Shown here: positions 49,801-63,386 of the stretch, piece by piece | Layout of the letters: each line of letters begins with the position of its first letter | Position numbering within the stretch: position 1 is the first letter of the stretch | Source: Camelus ferus | Taxonomy: Eukaryota | Length of the DNA: 64,000 bases | Direction: 5' to 3' | NCBI RefSeq assembly: GCF_009834535.1 | Contig: NC_045696.1 | Coordinates: 53,508,001-53,572,000 of the forward strand | The notes under the pieces: generated by a model | The model's database searches: none | What the model saw: the letters and a program-made list of their open reading frames with translations, nothing else | What the model was told of the DNA's origin: nothing | Made by a program: the position numbers and the translations under genes

Positions 49801-50256
49801 GGAAATGTTAAAAAAAATTACCTAATGACCAAATCACAAATGGCATCCAAAAGAAAAAGTAATTGTAATGACTATTGTTCACATCTGTGAGCATCTCCAC
49901 TTAGAGACCAAGTACACATATGCATACCTCCAGATACTGCCATTCAAAGCTCTTTGCTCAGAATCTTCCTCGTTTCAGTAAAACAGCAACTCTGTGTCTC
50001 CATCTTCCTACTAGTTATTCAAGCCAGAAAACTTGGAGCCTTCCTTGACGTCACCTTCTCTCTCACAAACCATATCCAATGTAATCAGCAAAGCTTCTGG
50101 GGTTACCTTCAGAACGTGTCCAGAATTAGACCTGCTGCCACTGATGTTTAAGCCTCTCACTCAGATTATTTCAATAGTCTTTTAATAGTTAACTCTGCTT
50201 CTTTTCTTTCCTGCACCTCCCATATAGGAAGCAGTGATCTTTTTAAAGTACAAGGC

Positions 50257-51672
50257 TTATTTGGTAAATTGATGTTCAACCAAGCCACTGAGCCAATACA
50301 ATGAGGAAAGGAAATTTTCGCTAACATATGGATCTCTATATGAGAAAACAAAACAAAACAAAAAAACAGAACTCCTCAATCTCTACTTCATTTTATATAC
50401 AAAAAGTAACTTATATATAAAATAAAGCTAAATGTAAAAGCTAATATATAAAACTTATAGAAGACAATAGACACTAGCTTTGTGAGCCTGTGAAAATGTA
50501 CTAAACAGGACACATAAAGTACAGATTCAAAAAGAGAAAAAAATGATTAATTGGAATTTCTCTACATGTAAAAATTTCTGGTCATCAAAAGTTTCCTTTA
50601 AGAAAATAAAATAGGCAAACTACACACTGGGAAAAATATTGGCAACACAAATGTCAGAAAACAGCCCTTTGTAGGAAAATATATGAAGAACTTCCACAAA
50701 TCAACAATACAAAGGCAAGCAGCTCATTTATGAAATGACAAAACACTTGAACCGGCTTATCACAAAGAGGGATGCAGGAATGGCCAATGAGCACAGGAAA
50801 TATGCTCATTATCATTAGCTAACAGACAACTGCAAATTAAAACAACAAAGACAGACCATCTCATATCCACTTGTATGAGTAAAATTTTAAAAATACTAAC
50901 AGTATCAGTGGAGAGCAACCACGACCCTTCTACAATGCTGGTGGGGTACTAAAGTGATACAGCCTCTTTGGAGAACTATTTGGCAGTTTACTATAAGGTC
51001 GAACATATATTTTCCACATAACCCAGCTCCACAGCTCCATATATACTCAAAATAAATACAAACATAAGTCCTTGTATTCTTCAGATAAATACCTGAAACT
51101 CAACTTTAAGTGGTGAACATGCTGTAGTGTAAACAGACACAGAGATACAATCTTGTATACACAGAACTTACACAATGTTATAAACCAGTTACCTCAATAA
51201 ATAAAAAATAAAAATCAAACAAGCAAGCAAAAATACGTATGTCCTCAAAAAGACATCATAGCAGCCTTATTCATAACAACTCAAATCGGAAACAGCCCAA
51301 ATTTCCCCAGCAGGAAAATGGATACAAAAACAATATAAACAAATATTAGAATACTACAAAACAATAAAAAGAAATGGACTATTAATTTATGTAACAGCAA
51401 GAATGAATTGCATTGACATTATGTTGAGCAAGAGATACCAGACACAAAACAGTACATACTGTATGGTGCCATTTACATGAAGTTCAAGAACAGAAAAACT
51501 GGAAAAGTGCATAAGGGAATTTTCTGGTGTGGTATAAATGCTCTGTATCTTGTTCTGGGGGGGTAGTTATTTGGATGTATACAAATACATAATTGTCAAG
51601 ACTCTTTTAGAGTTCAAAGTGTAAAACCAGTGTGTTTTATTTATTGTAAATCCTAATTCAGTATTAAAAGAA
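50257..51672 (+). mobile_element. Ancient L1ME-type LINE-1 (ORF2 3' part + 3'UTR)
   Basis: Decayed ORF2 motifs: ctaaatgtaaaagcta, tgcaaattaaaacaaca, catagcagccttattcataa, agataccagacacaaaacagtacatactgtatg. Confidence 0.85.
51073..51232 (+). mobile_element. Short younger L1 3' end nested in L1ME, with a probable inverted 5' piece
   Basis: gtggtgaacatgctgtagtg...aatgttataaaccagttacctcaataaa followed by an A-rich tail. 10/13 flanking direct repeat. Confidence 0.7.
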
Positions 51673-53578
51673 AGAAAACACAGGCAGGTCATGTAGTCCT
51701 GTAAGAAATTACAAAGGCCGTAGAGGTCTGCACATCATGTTCCTTCCCTCAGCCCCACCCGGTCACTTTCAGACCTCATCTCCTACCTCTGTTCTAACCC
51801 CTCTGGCCTCCTTGCTGTTTCTTGAACATACCAAGCAAAGCCACCCCTCAGGGCCTTCACACTTGCTGTGTTGTTCTTCTGTGGAAAGTCTTTCTGCAGA
51901 GCTTCATAATTTGCTCCACTGCTTCTTTAGTATCTACTCAAATGTTACCTTATCATGAAAACTTTTCTGCTGACTATTAAAAATAACTTCACACACACAC
52001 GTGTGTACATAAACACACCTACACAGTACCACTACCAGTCGGAATCCCCATTCCTCTTAACTGCTTTCTTTATCTCTGCAGGACTTCACACCATCCTACT
52101 TACTATATAGTTTACTTATAATAATATTACCTATTATTATTATATAATTATTAATATTATTCCAAAAATCTCTCCTAAGTAGAATGAGTGCTTATTAGGG
52201 CAGGGACTTTGTCTTTGTAATTCTTCATTCTCAGTATCTAGAACAGTGCTTTGTATAATAGGCTCTGGAAAAATACTTGCTAAGTAAATGTTACTTCAAT
52301 ATAAATCATTCTTTTAAACCTTATATAAGCCATGGAATCTGAAAAAAATAGACTGCCTGGCCAAGGAACACAACGGATAAGTGAAACTATAAGTAAAAAC
52401 ATAAACATGGAATTAACACTAGGACAGCCAGAGTTTTGTGAAAGTCTGTGAGTCAGATAGTGGTCAGCATAAAACTTTAAATAAGCTACATTCATGCACA
52501 TTTACAACTATTCTAGTTAGAGAAACTCACTACTTCATTACAGCCTTGCACGTGATTGTAGTCAATGTTATTAAAAGGCCTGTTAATTGTGTCCTAAGGA
52601 AGTAAGAGGCAGTAAGGCATGTGGGGCCACTGAGAGGTGTTTTATTTTTTAATCCATCCAAGCTTTATTCATGTTCAAAACATAGTAATATAATAATGCT
52701 GGTTTTAGTGAAATAACACATTTTAGATCTGAATAGAAAGTACATTTAAGTCTATTTAGAGCTTGATTTGTAAAATAATTATGTATTATTTTAATTCTCT
52801 AAATTAAATTATGACTGTTAAGAGTATAGTTAATTCATCTTTTTTTTCTTTAATGAATTTAGTAAGAAGTATGCTCCTTCTACCCCAGCTTTACTTTACA
52901 GTGTGGAAAATAACTGACCAAAGCAAAAGTAGAAATTAAAATAAAAGAAAGACTCTTAGGAAGATAATAGATATTGAAGACAAAGACATGAAACTGGAAC
53001 TTGAGAAAGAAGGTAAGGAGTATTATGAAAACACTTTTTAGAAATGCTGTGAAAACACTGAGACAAAAGTAATTCTTTCACATGCTTCTAGTTTATTCAA
53101 CAACCAAAAATAAAAGCCAGCCCAGAAATTGTAAGGATTGAATTAGAAACTCCGTAGATAGAGCACAAGGCAAGTTACTAAAACACAATTCTGAACAGTT
53201 TCAGTTTAAAATTAGAAGGAAGCTTACCAAAATGAAGGCTGGGCTGGGTGACCTGCCAAGTTTTATACAACATAAACTCTATCTGAGGCTATCCTTGCCT
53301 CTAAAGTCAAAAGCATGTAGGGGAAAGGTCTGTGTCTACTAGCTTCTAAGTCAGAATTGTTACTGGAAATTATCATGCACTATAGGACCCGAACACACAA
53401 GACTTACTGCTCCCCATTACCTACTTCATCATCCACTGTAGGTCACAATGTACTGATCCTCACCTCTACGTCTGAAATTCATAAAGGTGTATCATATGCC
53501 ATATGCAGGTCATTAAATATCCTCAGATTTCAAAGCCAAATAATTAAGATACTTTAAGTACAAATACTTAAGTAGATT

Positions 53579-53646
53579 TATATATATATATATACACACA
53601 CACATACATACACACACACAAGCATAAATACATAGAGAGAGAGAGA
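53579..53646. repeat. Compound (TA)n(CA)n(GA)n microsatellite
   Basis: Direct. Confidence 0.85.
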
Positions 53647-54856
53647 AAGGAAACTGAGGGTGTAGAGAAGGGACACTCACATGTACCAGCACTGTTCTAA
53701 CCTATACTGCCATTATCTCATTTGATACTATAATGATAAACCTAAGGCTATCCCTGGGATTCTGGCCATGAAACTTCATGCAGGTAAGACTATGTTTCCT
53801 TAAGGGGTTTTGGTATTTTTTTATAACTAATCTATTTTAGCTAGAGTCGTAGATTTGGTCTTTAATACCAAATCATTTTCATTATGAATTGTGATGAGGG
53901 AAAGTTCTAGCGCACATATTTTAAGTACTCAAAAATGTACTAATGGCACCTTCTGATGTGGGATCATTCTTCTAAATTCACATTCTTTATAAGCTCTCAT
54001 CCCGAGCAACAGTTCTACTCCTTAAAAAAAAAAAAATCTGGCACAGGATATGTCTTTTTTCACAAAGTGAGAGAGTGGAACAAGCAAGTTATCTGGCGGG
54101 TAGCTTTTCTTTTTCCCGACTCTCAAGCCAGAATCAGTGAACTGACAAGTAACACTTGGCTTAAGGATTTGGGGAATGGTAGATTTAGGAAGTGAGGAAC
54201 TCTTGTCAAATCCATGTTTGAAGAAAAGTTTAATTTAGAATAAATGAAAAGAAAAGTACAGCCCAATCTGAAGAAAAAGGGATGGAGGAAAATTTGAAAC
54301 AGAAACTTCTAACTTTTTGACTTCTTGGCTTTGAGTTTAGATGCCATTAGCCAAATGACAGAGTCCTGAGGACATCAGCCAGGAAAGAGATGAATGAATA
54401 CAAGGAGAAAACATGTGTTTGGGCATTTTTTCGGGGGTTGGGGGTAAAGTGACCCTGAGTGGAGGGTGGATAAGAAGAGAGGAGAAGTCTTGAAAAGTCA
54501 GGGCACTAACAGCCTGATTGTGTTGGAAGCAGTGCGCACCTTAAGACATCGAAATGATAGGAAACCCTTAGGGCAAAAGTGGAATAGGACTGCAGAACCA
54601 AACACCATAAGTGACCCACATATAAGAATCATCACACCATTCCAAAGGGCTATCATTTGTACTTTAAAGAGATTAATACATCATTAGTGTTAGATCTCTT
54701 CTCTTCCATAGTTATCCTATAATTAAGTAGTATCAGATAAAGAGTCTATTCTCGGCTATTCACTTTTGACCTGCTTAATGGTGGTAGACTCCAGGATCTT
54801 GTGGTTTTAGCCAATGCCAGGTATAGAGCAGATGGCCAAGAAATACCTGTCATTTG

Positions 54857-54957
54857 ACATCTAGGTTATGGCAAAATTTCATAATAGAGTAACATTTTCT
54901 TTTCTAACATCTAGGTTATAGCAAAAGTTTCATAATAGAGTAAAAATTTCCTTTCTA
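54857..54957. repeat. Two-copy 50-bp tandem duplication
   Basis: Units 54857-54906 and 54907-54957 differ by 4 substitutions and 1 insertion. Confidence 0.92.
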
Positions 54958-56227
54958 ATGTAGTTTAAGAGGCTTCTTTATTTCAGGTGGGTAGAAAATA
55001 CTAAGAAAAATCACCTGAATTGAGGAAAAGTGCAAATTTTATTCCAATTAGGGTAGCATTAAATATTAGCAGAGAACTCAAGGATCTCAGAAGTCAGTCC
55101 TGTTCTATTTGACTCTATGTTGTAAAGAGTGCTATGTATATTCCCAGAGACAGAAAGGAAAGATTATCTGTCATGTAGGATACAAATCATGCTTACTCAG
55201 GAATGCTGTCTTAATAGTAAATCAGTAGAAATTACTGCCGAGAAGAAGATATTACTCATTTTCAACACGCTATCATTTGCAGGTGAGAACATATTTATCT
55301 TATTAATATGTACAGAACAAGTGTAATTCACCTTACCGAAATGTTTATGTTCAGCCCTAGACAAAATGGGTATCTTAATAGCTCCCTCCTTCTGTTTGAA
55401 CCACCATTTTCATGCCTTCTTCGTTCTTCAGGTCACCAAACCCATCCATCCCCTGTTCTAAACAACTTTCAGTTTGCACTTCCATATCCACGCCTGCCTT
55501 CAAGTCTAATACGCTGTTCTGTTTGTACTTAAAAACATAACTTCTAATCTATCTTTTCACATGTCAACCCACTAAAGTTTATGTCTCCTGTCTCTTTTAG
55601 TAGGAAGGAGATCCCGGGTTATGATGAATAGATTCAGACTAAGCTGTTATTGAAACAAGTGCCACCTCTTCTTAATATTTTGATCAGGGGATAATTCCTT
55701 AACCAAAGGTGAAATTGTAGCTATCTGTGGCAAACTAGTGCAGGAAACTTTTTATTGCAGAATTTTATGAAAGAATCTGATCTTTTTCAAAGAGGCTAGC
55801 AAGAGAGCTGCCGGTGCATCTCAAAGAGATACATTTTTTTAAAAGAGTGATGAAGGCAGAGTGGTAGTTGTGTTTCAAATGTAAAGTTGTATTCTATAAC
55901 CATTTGAAAGTAAACTCAATGATCATTAGCAGTTTAACGATTTGGGGCCTGAAATTGTGGGTTTCTTCCTATGTCTGTACTGGCAAACTGACTAATGCAT
56001 TAGTCAAAATACCTTTTCTTCACAGTTTTTTCACAGACACACACTACCCTTAAAAAAATAAATATATATATAGGAATGAAACTGTAAGTAAAAACATAAA
56101 TGTGGAATTAACACATAAAATATATATATATATAAAAACATATATATACACACATATATATATAAAAAACAAAAGAATCTACTGTAATTTCACTTTGTCA
56201 TAGGTCCTAGAATTCCTGGCTTCTCAT

Positions 56228-56450
56228 TTTCATTCATTCATTTATTCATTCATTCAACTGACCCTGAGATTTAATTATATGTCCAACACTCATCTTGGTA
56301 ATGAATATGGAGATTTTTCTGACAGAGCTACTTAAAAGGTCAAAGTTCCATTAAGGAATGGATGTAGAGATGGGATGGGGTGGTCATATAGTTATTTACA
56401 TGGGAGAGGAACTAGCAAATGATAGCAAAAAAAAAGGAATCATTTTTAGA
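56228..56450 (-). mobile_element. L2 3' end
   Basis: (ttca)n-type tail ttcattcattcatttattcattcattcaac, followed by decayed L2. Confidence 0.55.
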
Positions 56451-56453
56451 GTA

Positions 56454-56777
56454 CAGTCCTCATCTGGTATCCATGGTGGATTAGTTCTAGGATTGGTTCC
56501 TGTGGATACCAAAATCCTTAGATGCCTAAATCCCTCATATAAAACAGTGGTTTATTTGCATATAACCTATGTACATCCTCCTGTGTACTTTAAATAACCT
56601 CTGGATTACTTATAATACCTAATACAATGTAAATGCTTTGTAAATAATTATATATCTACAATGTAAGTCCTATGTAAATAGCCATTTGGAACTTCCTGGA
56701 ATTTTTTTCCCCAATATTTTCTACCCCTAGTTGGTTGAATCACAAATGCAGGACACATGGATATGGAATCCTGACTG
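56454..56777 (+). mobile_element. MER2-type TcMar-Tigger DNA transposon
   Basis: TA|cagtc...gtggataccaaaatcc...atttgcatataacctatgtacatcctcc...tacctaatacaatgtaaatgct...ttggttgaatc...gactg termini. Confidence 0.88.
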
Positions 56778-58239
56778 CAGGGCAAGATACATATTTTCAA
56801 AAAGATATAAGTAGGATGGAGCAAGAACATTTCAAAAAAGGAAAAGGACAACATCGGTTTCCTAAGATAATAACCAGGTTAGAGTTTCATTCCAAAATCC
56901 AAGTACAAATTTGGGGGAGGATGGACTTTGCCATTATTGATTATAACATTTCTAAATATTCTAAAACATAAACATTTTTAGGAGTGACCCAATGACATTT
57001 TATTCATTCTGGTCTGTTTCAAGTACCTTGCTTATGCTTTGTATATAGAAAGCATTCGGTTCAACATGACAGCATATGTGCTCTATATTTTTTATATACA
57101 AATACAAATTTATATACAGAGGTTTCAGGGAAGAGAATGAAAAAGAGCCTGAAGGTGGGTAATAGGATAGTCAGGGTAAATTGGCAGCCAGTCAGAGGAA
57201 TATAGTGAATTCTAGAAGAGGGAAAGATAAAAGAGTGATTTCTCAAGTGTAAGTTAAGTCCAAGCTGAAACTGAGGCAAGAAGACCAATAGGATTTACAC
57301 GTAATGACAAGTGACAAGTGATCACCATAACGATTTTCCTGGAATGGAGTCCTGCTAATCTCTCCTCTAAGTCTCACACCAACTGCTCTGGCTCCTGTAA
57401 TGTGCTTTGAAATGTTGTGTGTGTGAGCACAAGCAACTGAATTGTCAGGAAGGAATTTTTTCTTATGTTTTTAAAAAATCAAAATGACTTTTGGTTAGCC
57501 ATGATTAATATTCAGAAAGAGTAATGTTTATACTTTCATTGTTATTTTTATTTATGATTCAACAAACATATCAGATATGGATAGATTTGTTCGGAGGCTG
57601 GGGGACTGGAAGCAGGTGCAAACCACCTTATCTCTGACTCAGAAAAATGTGCTTCTGGAAAGAAAAATCTATCTCATTACAGATTTTCTAAGTGCCTCAA
57701 AACAATAACAAAAATCAGAATTTAACTGCTAGCCTTCTGCTTGCTCACTTTGAGGTCTCTGCCAGAATCGAGAAGCAGTAAATGAATATTGAACCCAATT
57801 ATTCTGGACGAACTATTCTCTTATATCAAGAGTCCCAGCATATAGCTGCCATTTTGCTGACCTCATTCTTACTTTCTGACAGGTTATGGTAGCTCAAATT
57901 TATTTGACTGTGATCACATTTCCTGTCTTTCTCTCCTTCCTTTATTCTTTATCATTAAGCAATCAGTTTTAGCCACTCAAGAGTCAGCTCAAATGTTATA
58001 TGCTGTGTGAAGTCCTCTTTGACATCCCCCTCTCTAGGCAGAATCAAATTCTCCCTACTCAGAATTCCCATAACAATGTACTAATACTTCTTCCTACCCC
58101 TGATGCCATCCCACACCCCGTAGATGTAGGACAGAGATGTGATCCATTATTGTATGATTCCATTCCAAAGAGCCTAGAAGAGGGAAGGAGAGGTTGAAGA
58201 AGAAACTGAGGGAAGAAGAAAAGACTAGGAAGCAAATAT

Positions 58240-58492
58240 TAGCAACAGCTAAGATATACTGAGGCCTCGTCCAAACCACGTGCCAAGCTCTTTACATACA
58301 CCATTGTTTTTAGTCCTCACAGAAACACCATGAAGCAGTAATTATTAATACCACCATTTTGTGGCCAATGAGAGGAAGAATCAGAGAGTTAAATAATCTG
58401 CCCAAGGTCAGCCTACCAGCAAGTTACAGAAGGGACACAAAGCCAAGTCAAACGGATTCCAAAGACTGTGACCTAAATAGTCATGCCACACT
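58240..58492 (-). mobile_element. MIR SINE
   Basis: acagctaa...gtgccaagctctttacatac...tcagagagttaaataatctgcccaaggtca...gattccaaag. Confidence 0.82.
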
Positions 58493-59324
58493 GGTAATCT
58501 GTGGAGATTTGAGGAATTTGGCAAAGGTAATTTGATTGTTAACAATACACATATTTATGAGAAATGATGATGGTAGCAGTGAGGATAAACTGCCTGCCTG
58601 GAGACTGGAGAGATAAACTGCAGTGATGAGAAAAATTAGAGAAGATGCTGCAAAGGCAGTGACAAGATGGAGAGGCTACTGCCACGTGTGATAAGTCAGT
58701 AACCCTGGGCTTATGGAGTATGGCTCAGTTCATTCTGGGACAAAGCTTAGTTCCGAACCAGATGTCATTTCACTCTGTCTGTGCACTGATCAGAACGGTG
58801 GTTCACTGGAGATACGGGCCTCCTCTCATGTGGACCTGCAGCTCTGAGGCAGTCTCCCTGTCTCCAGGGCCAGCTTTGTGCCTTGTCAAGGCACAGGAGA
58901 AGCCCCAGGGGAGTGTCACCAGGATGGCTCCTAGTAGCCTCCTCTCTGAATCCTGCTAAAACCTGGCCAGACTGAAAACTCACCCTCCACAGCTAGTGCT
59001 TGTTCAAAGATCAACAGAGGGTCCTACATATTGGCTCACAGTCTGAAAGGCCTGCAGCTCCTTCCCAGGAGGCAGCACCAGAAAGAGAGCTGTCAATCAT
59101 GGAGGAACCTTCTAGAGTAGAAGATGCCAGTCCTTGAAATGAGATGAAGCACTGCTGTGTGGGGGAGAGTTAGACAGGATGTCTGTTACTGTGAAATACA
59201 CCAAACTAAGAGTGGCTAATCATGCAAGTTCCCTTCAGACCGTGGCTCATGCTTCCCTGGGGAAGGTTATTATGTTATTTAAAAACTACAACACAGTGAC
59301 AAGTGTGACAACAGTAACAACAAA

Positions 59325-59500
59325 GCAGTGACAGCTAACAGTTATTAAGTATTTACATTGGGCCAGGAACTCTTGTATATGTTTTATGTCTATTAACTTA
59401 AAGAATAAGGAAAAATATAGAGATAGGAATATATAAATACAGACATCAGCCATACATAGCTCAAACTCAAATTCATAGTTAATCCTCACTCATAACCTAT
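59325..59500 (-). mobile_element. MIR SINE fragment
   Basis: acagctaacagttattaagtatttacattgggccagg...ttaatcctcac. Confidence 0.55.
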
Positions 59501-62500
59501 GTCCAAATCATCCAATTATCGGACAGAATCCAGGAAACCTGAACCCTGCAGTTCTCAGGTTAGGGGATATTTATACCTGTAAACAGGTGACAAAAGCTAG
59601 TGTAGAACTGTAGCAAACCTTTTGGAATTTCTCTAACATTGGACTAGGGCAAGAATCAGTTCAGTTTAAAGAAAGTCATCCCTCATGCAGAATCTGAGAC
59701 CATAAAATCTAAGATCAACTTTTAACCGGAAGTAAATTCTGAGGGAAAACTGTTGGTAGAAAGTTTACAATCAACACTTCATGCTGGAAAGATACTGGGG
59801 AGGACTTGAAAATTAGTAAAATAAATTCTAATAAATGAATGCTTGCGAACAGGAAACAAATTGCTCCAATTATTTGACAAGCATGAAGAATATTCTTGCA
59901 GCTAAATGAAATGTTTTACCGGCCTCTCATCCACTCACCAACCAAACTTCTTGTACTTAATGTCACCCACTTCCAAAAGAGTCATCTAAAATACTGTTTG
60001 ATTCACATCCAGGGAAGAAAACATGTCCCTTAGATTCAGACACAAAGGATCTAATGCTCTAGGATACAAGTCAAGAGGAGAGAACACTGCCCTGTTGTAC
60101 TGGCAAAGTTTCTTTGCAATCTCAGTAAAAATTAAATGGTGCCAGCGGCAGTCTTCTAATTTCTCTACCTATACACAATAGACCGTATTTTATATTCTTA
60201 CTCTCACTCTCCAAGTACTACTCTGATATTTCCTAATGTCAAATCTATTTACATCTTGCCTATGAAAGTCCCAATAAAATTCTTGCAACCTATTACCTAT
60301 TTTAAGATCAGCCTCATGCTTTAGACACCCTTTCTGGTCTATGTGTACCTACTTACAATGGGGCCTCTGAAGCACTCCTTGCTCAATAATTTTTCAGAGG
60401 AAATATAATAAGGAAACATTGAGATGAAGTTATAGACTATTAGCACATGTGTGTAGATGGCATATCCTCTTGCTTCACCAAAACTCTAAAAACAGACAAG
60501 CCTTTAGAAATAGGAAGGCGATGCTAGAAATACATTGACACATAGCTGTATAACAGCTGAGACGCTCATCTCCTTGTTCCTCACAGCAAGATTGTAAATG
60601 GGGATAATTTTTGTTTGTCTTATTTTGTGTGCATGTATATATTTATATGACATATGTACAAACTTGTGATACATACATGTGCCTATACATACCTAGACAT
60701 ATAGACATTCCTATACTTATATGTGGTGTATCTTTATTTTTTTAACTTACAAACCTGAATCAAATTGGTAAACGTCTAGAAACTGCTAAAGAAGGAAGAA
60801 ATAACTTTACTATTTACAATTCCTGATATGAAAAAATGACTTCCATAAGAAAGAAATACGTTAAAGTTTGACCTGGAATGATGCCACCACTCTGCAATGA
60901 TATTTTTAGGTATTATACATTATTTGGAGGAAAAGAGATCTTCAGTGTCTGAATTCACAATGGCAACCTGTCTTCCGACACATATAATAATTCAAGAAGT
61001 GTAGGATAGCAAATGAGTTCAAGGACTAGGGGACTGGGCTGACAGCTGTCATTTCTACTTGTTTCAACCAAAACCCTATTTAAATCCCCCAATGCAGCTT
61101 AGCTTTTTCCACATTCTAGGTTTTAATTTGTAAATCGGGATTTAAAGTATTTAACCTCTTTGGAGCATATTTAACAATTTCCAATGACATTAGATCACAG
61201 TAATTAGTATTTGTAAAGAGGTAAGGGATTTGGGGTAAAAGCAGTTATAAAAGCATAAAACACTAGTGTTTCCGTGTATTATGAGACAACCTTAAACAAA
61301 AAAGAAATAGGACTATGCAATCATCTAAGAGGAATCAAGGAATCATAGGTACGTTAAGCCTTTCACCTTAACAACAACAATCTGTTTTTCCTCTGGTTTT
61401 CAAGCAGAGTTGACTTCAGCAAATATGAAAACCAAACGTGTCGAATATATTAAGTCAACATTTTTGTACATAGATACTTGCGGGTTTTTTCTTTTTCTTC
61501 CCTGAAAGATGGGATTAGGCTGAGCAGCGGTAGCTGTCGGAAGCTCACACTGCCTGCCTCCCAGAATGGGTACTTGTAATTAAAAGCTTAGCTCACCTTA
61601 TCCTTCCAGTTTCCCAGGCGAAAAGTCAAAGCCTACATTTAATTGCATATATATGTGTGCATGTTTCTAAAACCAAAGCTCCAAAGAATGACAATGCTTA
61701 GGAGGCAAGAAGGCTATGCACAGACAGATATTTGACACAGAATCAAAAAGAAAAGAAAACAGAGAAAAGCGGATGATGCAACAACAGAAATGTGGAGCTC
61801 TGTTCCCTTTTGGTTTGTTACCAGCCAGACGAGGGAGTGCTTGTGGTTTGGCATTTCTCTTTAGATAAGCAGCAAAAACAAGCCAACCCAAGGATGCTGA
61901 AATTGCCTGAAGATCTGCCATAAGCATTTTCTGTTTTTTGGTTGGTGTATTTAATCAGACTCCTGTCAGAACTGGGATTAGGATGTGGGAGAATCATTCC
62001 GTTGAGAGAAAGCCAGCACCACGTGTGCCCAGTGGAGCATATCTGCTGCATGGAAGTCAGACTGGGTGGGTTGCTGGAAGGATGGTCATTCAGGGATGGA
62101 GACTCTGACCAATCTCTACAGGGAAAGCAGGATGCAAATCTCAAGAACTCTGGGCCAGAGGCCAAGGTGCTTTTTTCAAGCAGGAAAAAAATCAAACAAA
62201 CCAAAAAACTAGCAAGAAAAAAGTTTCCAACAGCAGCTAATAAGCAAGACGCAGTAGTAACGATCATGGGGTGACTGGAAACTAAACAGAGAGAAATCCA
62301 GCCTTTGAGAGAGCTGGATGTAGAGCCTCCAATACTCATCATGAAATAAAGAAGCTTTTGGCTGGATACAGAGCCCACGTTGTGATCAGCAGCAGCAAAC
62401 GACTCAGTGACGAGCCCTGCCCTGGACTGAAAAACAAAGCCGAGGTTTATAGATCAGAAAGGGAGTTCAGGTTATCTAGACCCACAGTGCCCAGGGCAGC

Positions 62501-63300
62501 TCGGTCCTTAGCAAGCTACTGCTTAATAAAAAGAATGAATTCTCCTTGTATCAATGGATAAAGTCAGTCTCGGATTGGAGACGTGACCCACTGAAGTTAA
62601 CATGTTAGACAGTGCAGCATCACAGCCAAAACCCAGCTCCCTCCCAAGGCCGCAGCACAGCGCTACACTCTACACGCTGCTACCTAAGCCTGCAGAGCGG
62701 TAAGGAGACTGCCTGGGGCTGAGGGCCAGGAAGTCCTGCTGCTGAGGTCAGTGGGGGTCAGCGAGCCCAGGCAGGCTTCGATGAACTGTCACCAAAAGTG
62801 CTAGAAAGACAAAGCAGTCACCCTTTATATCAAGACAATTGAGAAAACTGCTCTGTTGGTCATTACTATTTGTACAGCAGTGGGGTTGTTCTTAATGGCG
62901 TAGTTTTAGAAAAGATGCTATTCAAGAGTCTGAACTACTGAAAAATCACAGAGTTAAAAACATTACTAACTAGGGGTAGACCATATCTATGGAGATCAGA
63001 GCTACAGAGCACGAATTCTGTGCCTGAGTAAGCAATCAGCCCAAACTGGCCTCCAGGGTTGGTATCTTAATTCCCCTTTTGGCCTCTCAGACTTCCTGTG
63101 AGCCTTGGAGGTCTGGCTTCATTGACCTCTGGCAAAATTGCTGAAGTAAGTAACCTATTCCCCTCCCAGGGTCTCAACTCTTACCTCAGATTTTGTCCAT
63201 CTTGCTGAGGCCCCTGCACAGATTGCAGCAACTAATTCCTCTAAGGCATTTGCTGATAAGATTGAGTATTACCTCTTACCTGGGTTCTTATTTCCCCCAT

Positions 63301-63386
63301 CCTTCCCTCCCTCCCTCCTGCCTTCCTTTCTTCCTTCTCTCCTTCCTTCTTTTTTCCCCTTCCTTCCTTCTTTCCTTCCCTCCTTC
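63301..63386. repeat. (CCTT)n / CT-rich simple repeat
   Basis: Direct. Confidence 0.85.

Larger units (their letters stand above)
49950..52290 (+). mobile_element. L2a-type LINE, split by an L1ME insertion
   Basis: Left part 49950-50256 (caagccagaaaacttggag...gtgatcttttt) and right part 51680-52290 (ggcctccttgctgtttcttgaacatacc...gggcagggactttgtc...ctagaacagtgc) are collinear L2 segments. Confidence 0.8.

Noticed and set aside
58690..59210. GC-richer stretch that might be an ancient LTR
   Set aside because: No diagnostic motifs recognised.
61818..62378. Longest ORF in the track (186 aa, minus strand)
   Set aside because: No recognisable domain, non-coding-like composition, and overlapped by comparable ORFs in other frames.
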